The notes under the pieces: generated by a model
Databases searched by the model: none
Seen by the model: only the letters and a program-made list of their open reading frames with translations
What the model was told of the DNA's origin: nothing
Assembly (NCBI GenBank): GCA_044226645.1
Contig: JBGAGR010000023.1
Coordinates: 1,409-25,408 of the forward strand
Direction: 5' to 3'
Length of the DNA stretch: 24,000 nt
Source: Aggregatilineales bacterium
GTDB taxonomy: Bacteria > Chloroflexota > Anaerolineae > Aggregatilineales > Phototrophicaceae
Position numbers and translations under genes: made by a program
Shown here: in pieces, positions 23,408-24,000 of the stretch
How the letters are laid out: the number at the start of each line of letters is the position of its first letter
How positions within the stretch are numbered: position 1 is the stretch's first letter

Positions 23408-24000
23408 TCATCCCTTGACCGAGCCTTGAAGCAGTGCTGAGATAATCTGGCGTTGAAATAATATGAAGATAATGAGGGTGGGCAGCAGAATGAGAATCGT
23501 CCCAGCACACAGCAGTGGAACATTCGTCGCATAGTGCCCCTGGAATGCCCCCAAGGCTCCTGCCATCGTTCGCTCCGTCGGGTCTTCGACCAGCACCAGC
23601 GCGATGAGAAACTGGTTCCATGTCCAGACCGACATGAGGATTCCGAGCGAGGCCATAGGTGCACGTGCCAGCGGGAGGTGAATACGCCAGAATAGTTCCC
23701 ACGTCGTCGCACCATCGACACGAGCCGCCTCCGAGATTTCGGTGGGGATGTTGACGAAATGCGCACGCATCCAGAATACGGCGAACGGCATGTACAAACC
23801 GATCAGCGGCAGCACAATCGCAAGCCGAGTGTTGTAGATTCCCATGCTGCGTTCCAGGTAGTAAAGCGGGACGATGATCCCCCCGAAAGGGAGTGTCAAT
23901 CCGAACACAAACAGAAACAGCAGCACACGCGAACCAGGGATGCGCAGATGACCGATAGCGAAACCCGCCATGGTCGAGATAGCCAGCGATATTGGAACGA
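23408..24000 (-). CDS. carbohydrate ABC transporter permease (MalG/LacG-like), 5'-truncated by the window edge
   Basis: EAA loop 'IPTEISEAARVDGATTWELFWRIHLPLARAPM' in a hydrophobic TM profile, ending 'GSVKG*'. The reading frame stays open to position 24000, and the in-window length is too short for a complete permease. Confidence 0.8.
   Translation of the reverse strand, partial: VPISLAISTMAGFAIGHLRIPGSRVLLFLFVFGLTLPFGGIIVPLYYLERSMGIYNTRLAIVLPLIGLYMPFAVFWMRAHFVNIPTEISEAARVDGATTWELFWRIHLPLARAPMASLGILMSVWTWNQFLIALVLVEDPTERTMAGALGAFQGHYATNVPLLCAGTILILLPTLIIFILFQRQIISALLQGSVKG

Noticed and set aside
23308-23766. 152-aa and 121-aa minus-strand ORFs in alternate frames of the terminal permease
   Set aside because: The frame carrying the EAA loop and TM segments (23408-24000) explains the region. 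The alternate frames are Arg/Ser-rich artefacts.

Overview
This window looks like a bacterial carbohydrate-utilisation island. All calls rest on motif reading and the ORF track only; no database search or RNA folding was run.

Four sugar modules are present:
1. Minus strand, 187-7733: a GH65 inverting disaccharide phosphorylase, a CUT1-type sugar ABC importer (binding protein plus two permeases), a divergent LacI-family regulator and a convergent beta-phosphoglucomutase.
2. Plus strand, 7941-20389: a second LacI regulator, a second ABC importer, a GH31 alpha-glucosidase/xylosidase, a GH29 alpha-L-fucosidase and a GH3 beta-glucosidase/xylosidase.
3. 20569-21771: a decayed LacI gene that keeps its promoter and operators, abutting an alpha/beta hydrolase gene.
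4. Minus strand, 21810-24000: a GH13_18 sucrose-phosphorylase-family gene downstream of a third, partial ABC permease.

The stand-out feature sits between the GH29 stop and the GH3 start (about 16388-18236). It is a 442-aa PLMP-RuvC-HNH protein with the domain order of IscB, the IS200/IS605-associated, Cas9-ancestral OMEGA RNA-guided nuclease. A roughly 300-500 nt non-coding leader precedes it. That leader is packed with perfect local stems and GNRA tetraloops and runs into the iscB start codon, so it is a candidate omega RNA.

No tnpA, CRISPR array, cas genes, tRNA or rRNA were seen. Three distinct CG-centred LacI-type operator palindromes are visible and give testable regulon predictions. 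The taxon cannot be determined from the sequence alone.
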